A stretch of DNA of 26,030 nt, from positions 1 to 26,030 of the forward strand of contig NZ_JBMFOX010000017.1 in NCBI RefSeq assembly GCF_049969415.1. The letters are read 5' to 3'. Below the pieces are notes generated by a model, which was given only the letters and a program-made list of their open reading frames with translations, was not told the DNA's origin and ran no database searches. This DNA is from Candidatus Hadarchaeum sp. (GTDB lineage: Archaea; Hadarchaeota; Hadarchaeia; Hadarchaeales; Hadarchaeaceae). Shown piece by piece: positions 25,200 to 26,030 of the stretch. The position numbers and the translations under genes were made by a program. Position 1 is the first letter of the stretch. Every line of letters begins with the position of its first letter.

Positions 25200-26030
25200 G
25201 CTACCATCAAGCACGTTGGACACGTGGGCCGTTTTTGGAGCCGCTGATCTTTGAGATGGAGAACAGTAGTTGCAAAGGATGTCTTTTACCAGAGGGTGTT
25301 CCCGCCAGCTTTAGCATCCCAGAAAAATTGATGCGAAACTCCATTGGGATACCGGAACTTTCCCAGCCCGAGATAGTGAGGCACTACATCAGACTCTCGC
25401 AGATGAACTACTGCGTGGATACCGGATTTTATCCTCTCGGCTCATGCACGATGAAGTACAACCCGAAGATTAACGAAGAACTGGCCAGTCTGGAAGAGGT
25501 AGTGAACATCCATCCGGATCAGGATGAAGAAACCGTCCAAGGAGCACTGGAAGTAATGTACCGTCTCGAGGGCCTCTTGTGCGAGATAACTGGGATGTCC
25601 CGAATGTGTTTGCAGCCGTCGGCGGGCGCGCATGGCGAGTTTTTGGGATTGTTACTGGTTCGAGCCTACTTCAAAGAAAAAGGTGAGAAAAGAAAGGAGG
25701 TCATCGTCCCCGACTCCGCTCACGGGACTAACTTTGCCAGTGCCGGAATGGCGGGGTTCAACGTCATTGTGGTGCCTTCAAATAGCCGCGGCAGGGTTGA
25801 CCTCGAGGCGCTGCGGGCAGCCGTTTCGGAAAACACCGCGGCTCTCATGATGACCAATCCGAACACCTTAGGCCTCTTTGAGGATGAGATCTTGAAGATA
25901 TCACAGATCATTCACGACGCTGGAGGGCTGCTTTATTACGATGGCGCGAATCTGAACGGGATAATTGGAAAGGCCCGCCCGGGCGACATGGGCTTCGACA
26001 TAGTTCATTTAAACCTTCACAAGACCTTTT
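25196..26030 (+). CDS. gcvPB: Glycine dehydrogenase (decarboxylating) subunit 2, truncated by the window end
   Basis: Manual translation from ATG 25196 (ATGA overlap): [14 protein letters not shown]...[27 protein letters not shown]...PDSAHGTN...YDGANLN...[11 protein letters not shown] (PLP Lys). Not in the ORF track. Confidence 0.95.
   Translation, partial: MSYHQARWTRGPFLEPLIFEMENSSCKGCLLPEGVPASFSIPEKLMRNSIGIPELSQPEIVRHYIRLSQMNYCVDTGFYPLGSCTMKYNPKINEELASLEEVVNIHPDQDEETVQGALEVMYRLEGLLCEITGMSRMCLQPSAGAHGEFLGLLLVRAYFKEKGEKRKEVIVPDSAHGTNFASAGMAGFNVIVVPSNSRGRVDLEALRAAVSENTAALMMTNPNTLGLFEDEILKISQIIHDAGGLLYYDGANLNGIIGKARPGDMGFDIVHLNLHKTF

Overview
Archaeal chromosomal segment. Evidence: archaeal-type TyrRS, an AOR-family enzyme, split GcvPA/PB, TATA-like promoters, GGAGG/GGTGA Shine-Dalgarno (SD) sites and frequent TTG/GTG starts; the lineage cannot be fixed from sequence alone. 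The left part (1-10.6 kb) is almost all minus strand. It carries a heterocycle/aldehyde catabolic cluster (amidohydrolase, AOR, CoxS- and CoxM-like subunits without a CoxL, and a divergent cytosine-deaminase-like gene), an ACT-hom-thrC-gdh operon, an Hsp20-like gene, a 43-aa Cys-rich microprotein missing from the ORF track and a catalytically degenerate AEP primase-like gene. At about 10.6-10.7 kb gene orientation flips across a short spacer holding an ORB-like box (CTCCAGTGGAAATGGGGGGG) and G-rich repeats, next to a free-standing single-motif LAGLIDADG gene. The right part is almost all plus strand: tyrS, a MinD-like ATPase, a DPM synthase/PMT-like/low-complexity surface protein trio, a macrodomain, a TatD-like gene, an ABC exporter, the LplB-LplA-LipS1-LipS2 lipoate assembly route, and gcvH-gcvPA-gcvPB (truncated). 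No tRNA, rRNA, CRISPR or IS element was recognised. All calls come from motif recognition by eye; no searches were run.
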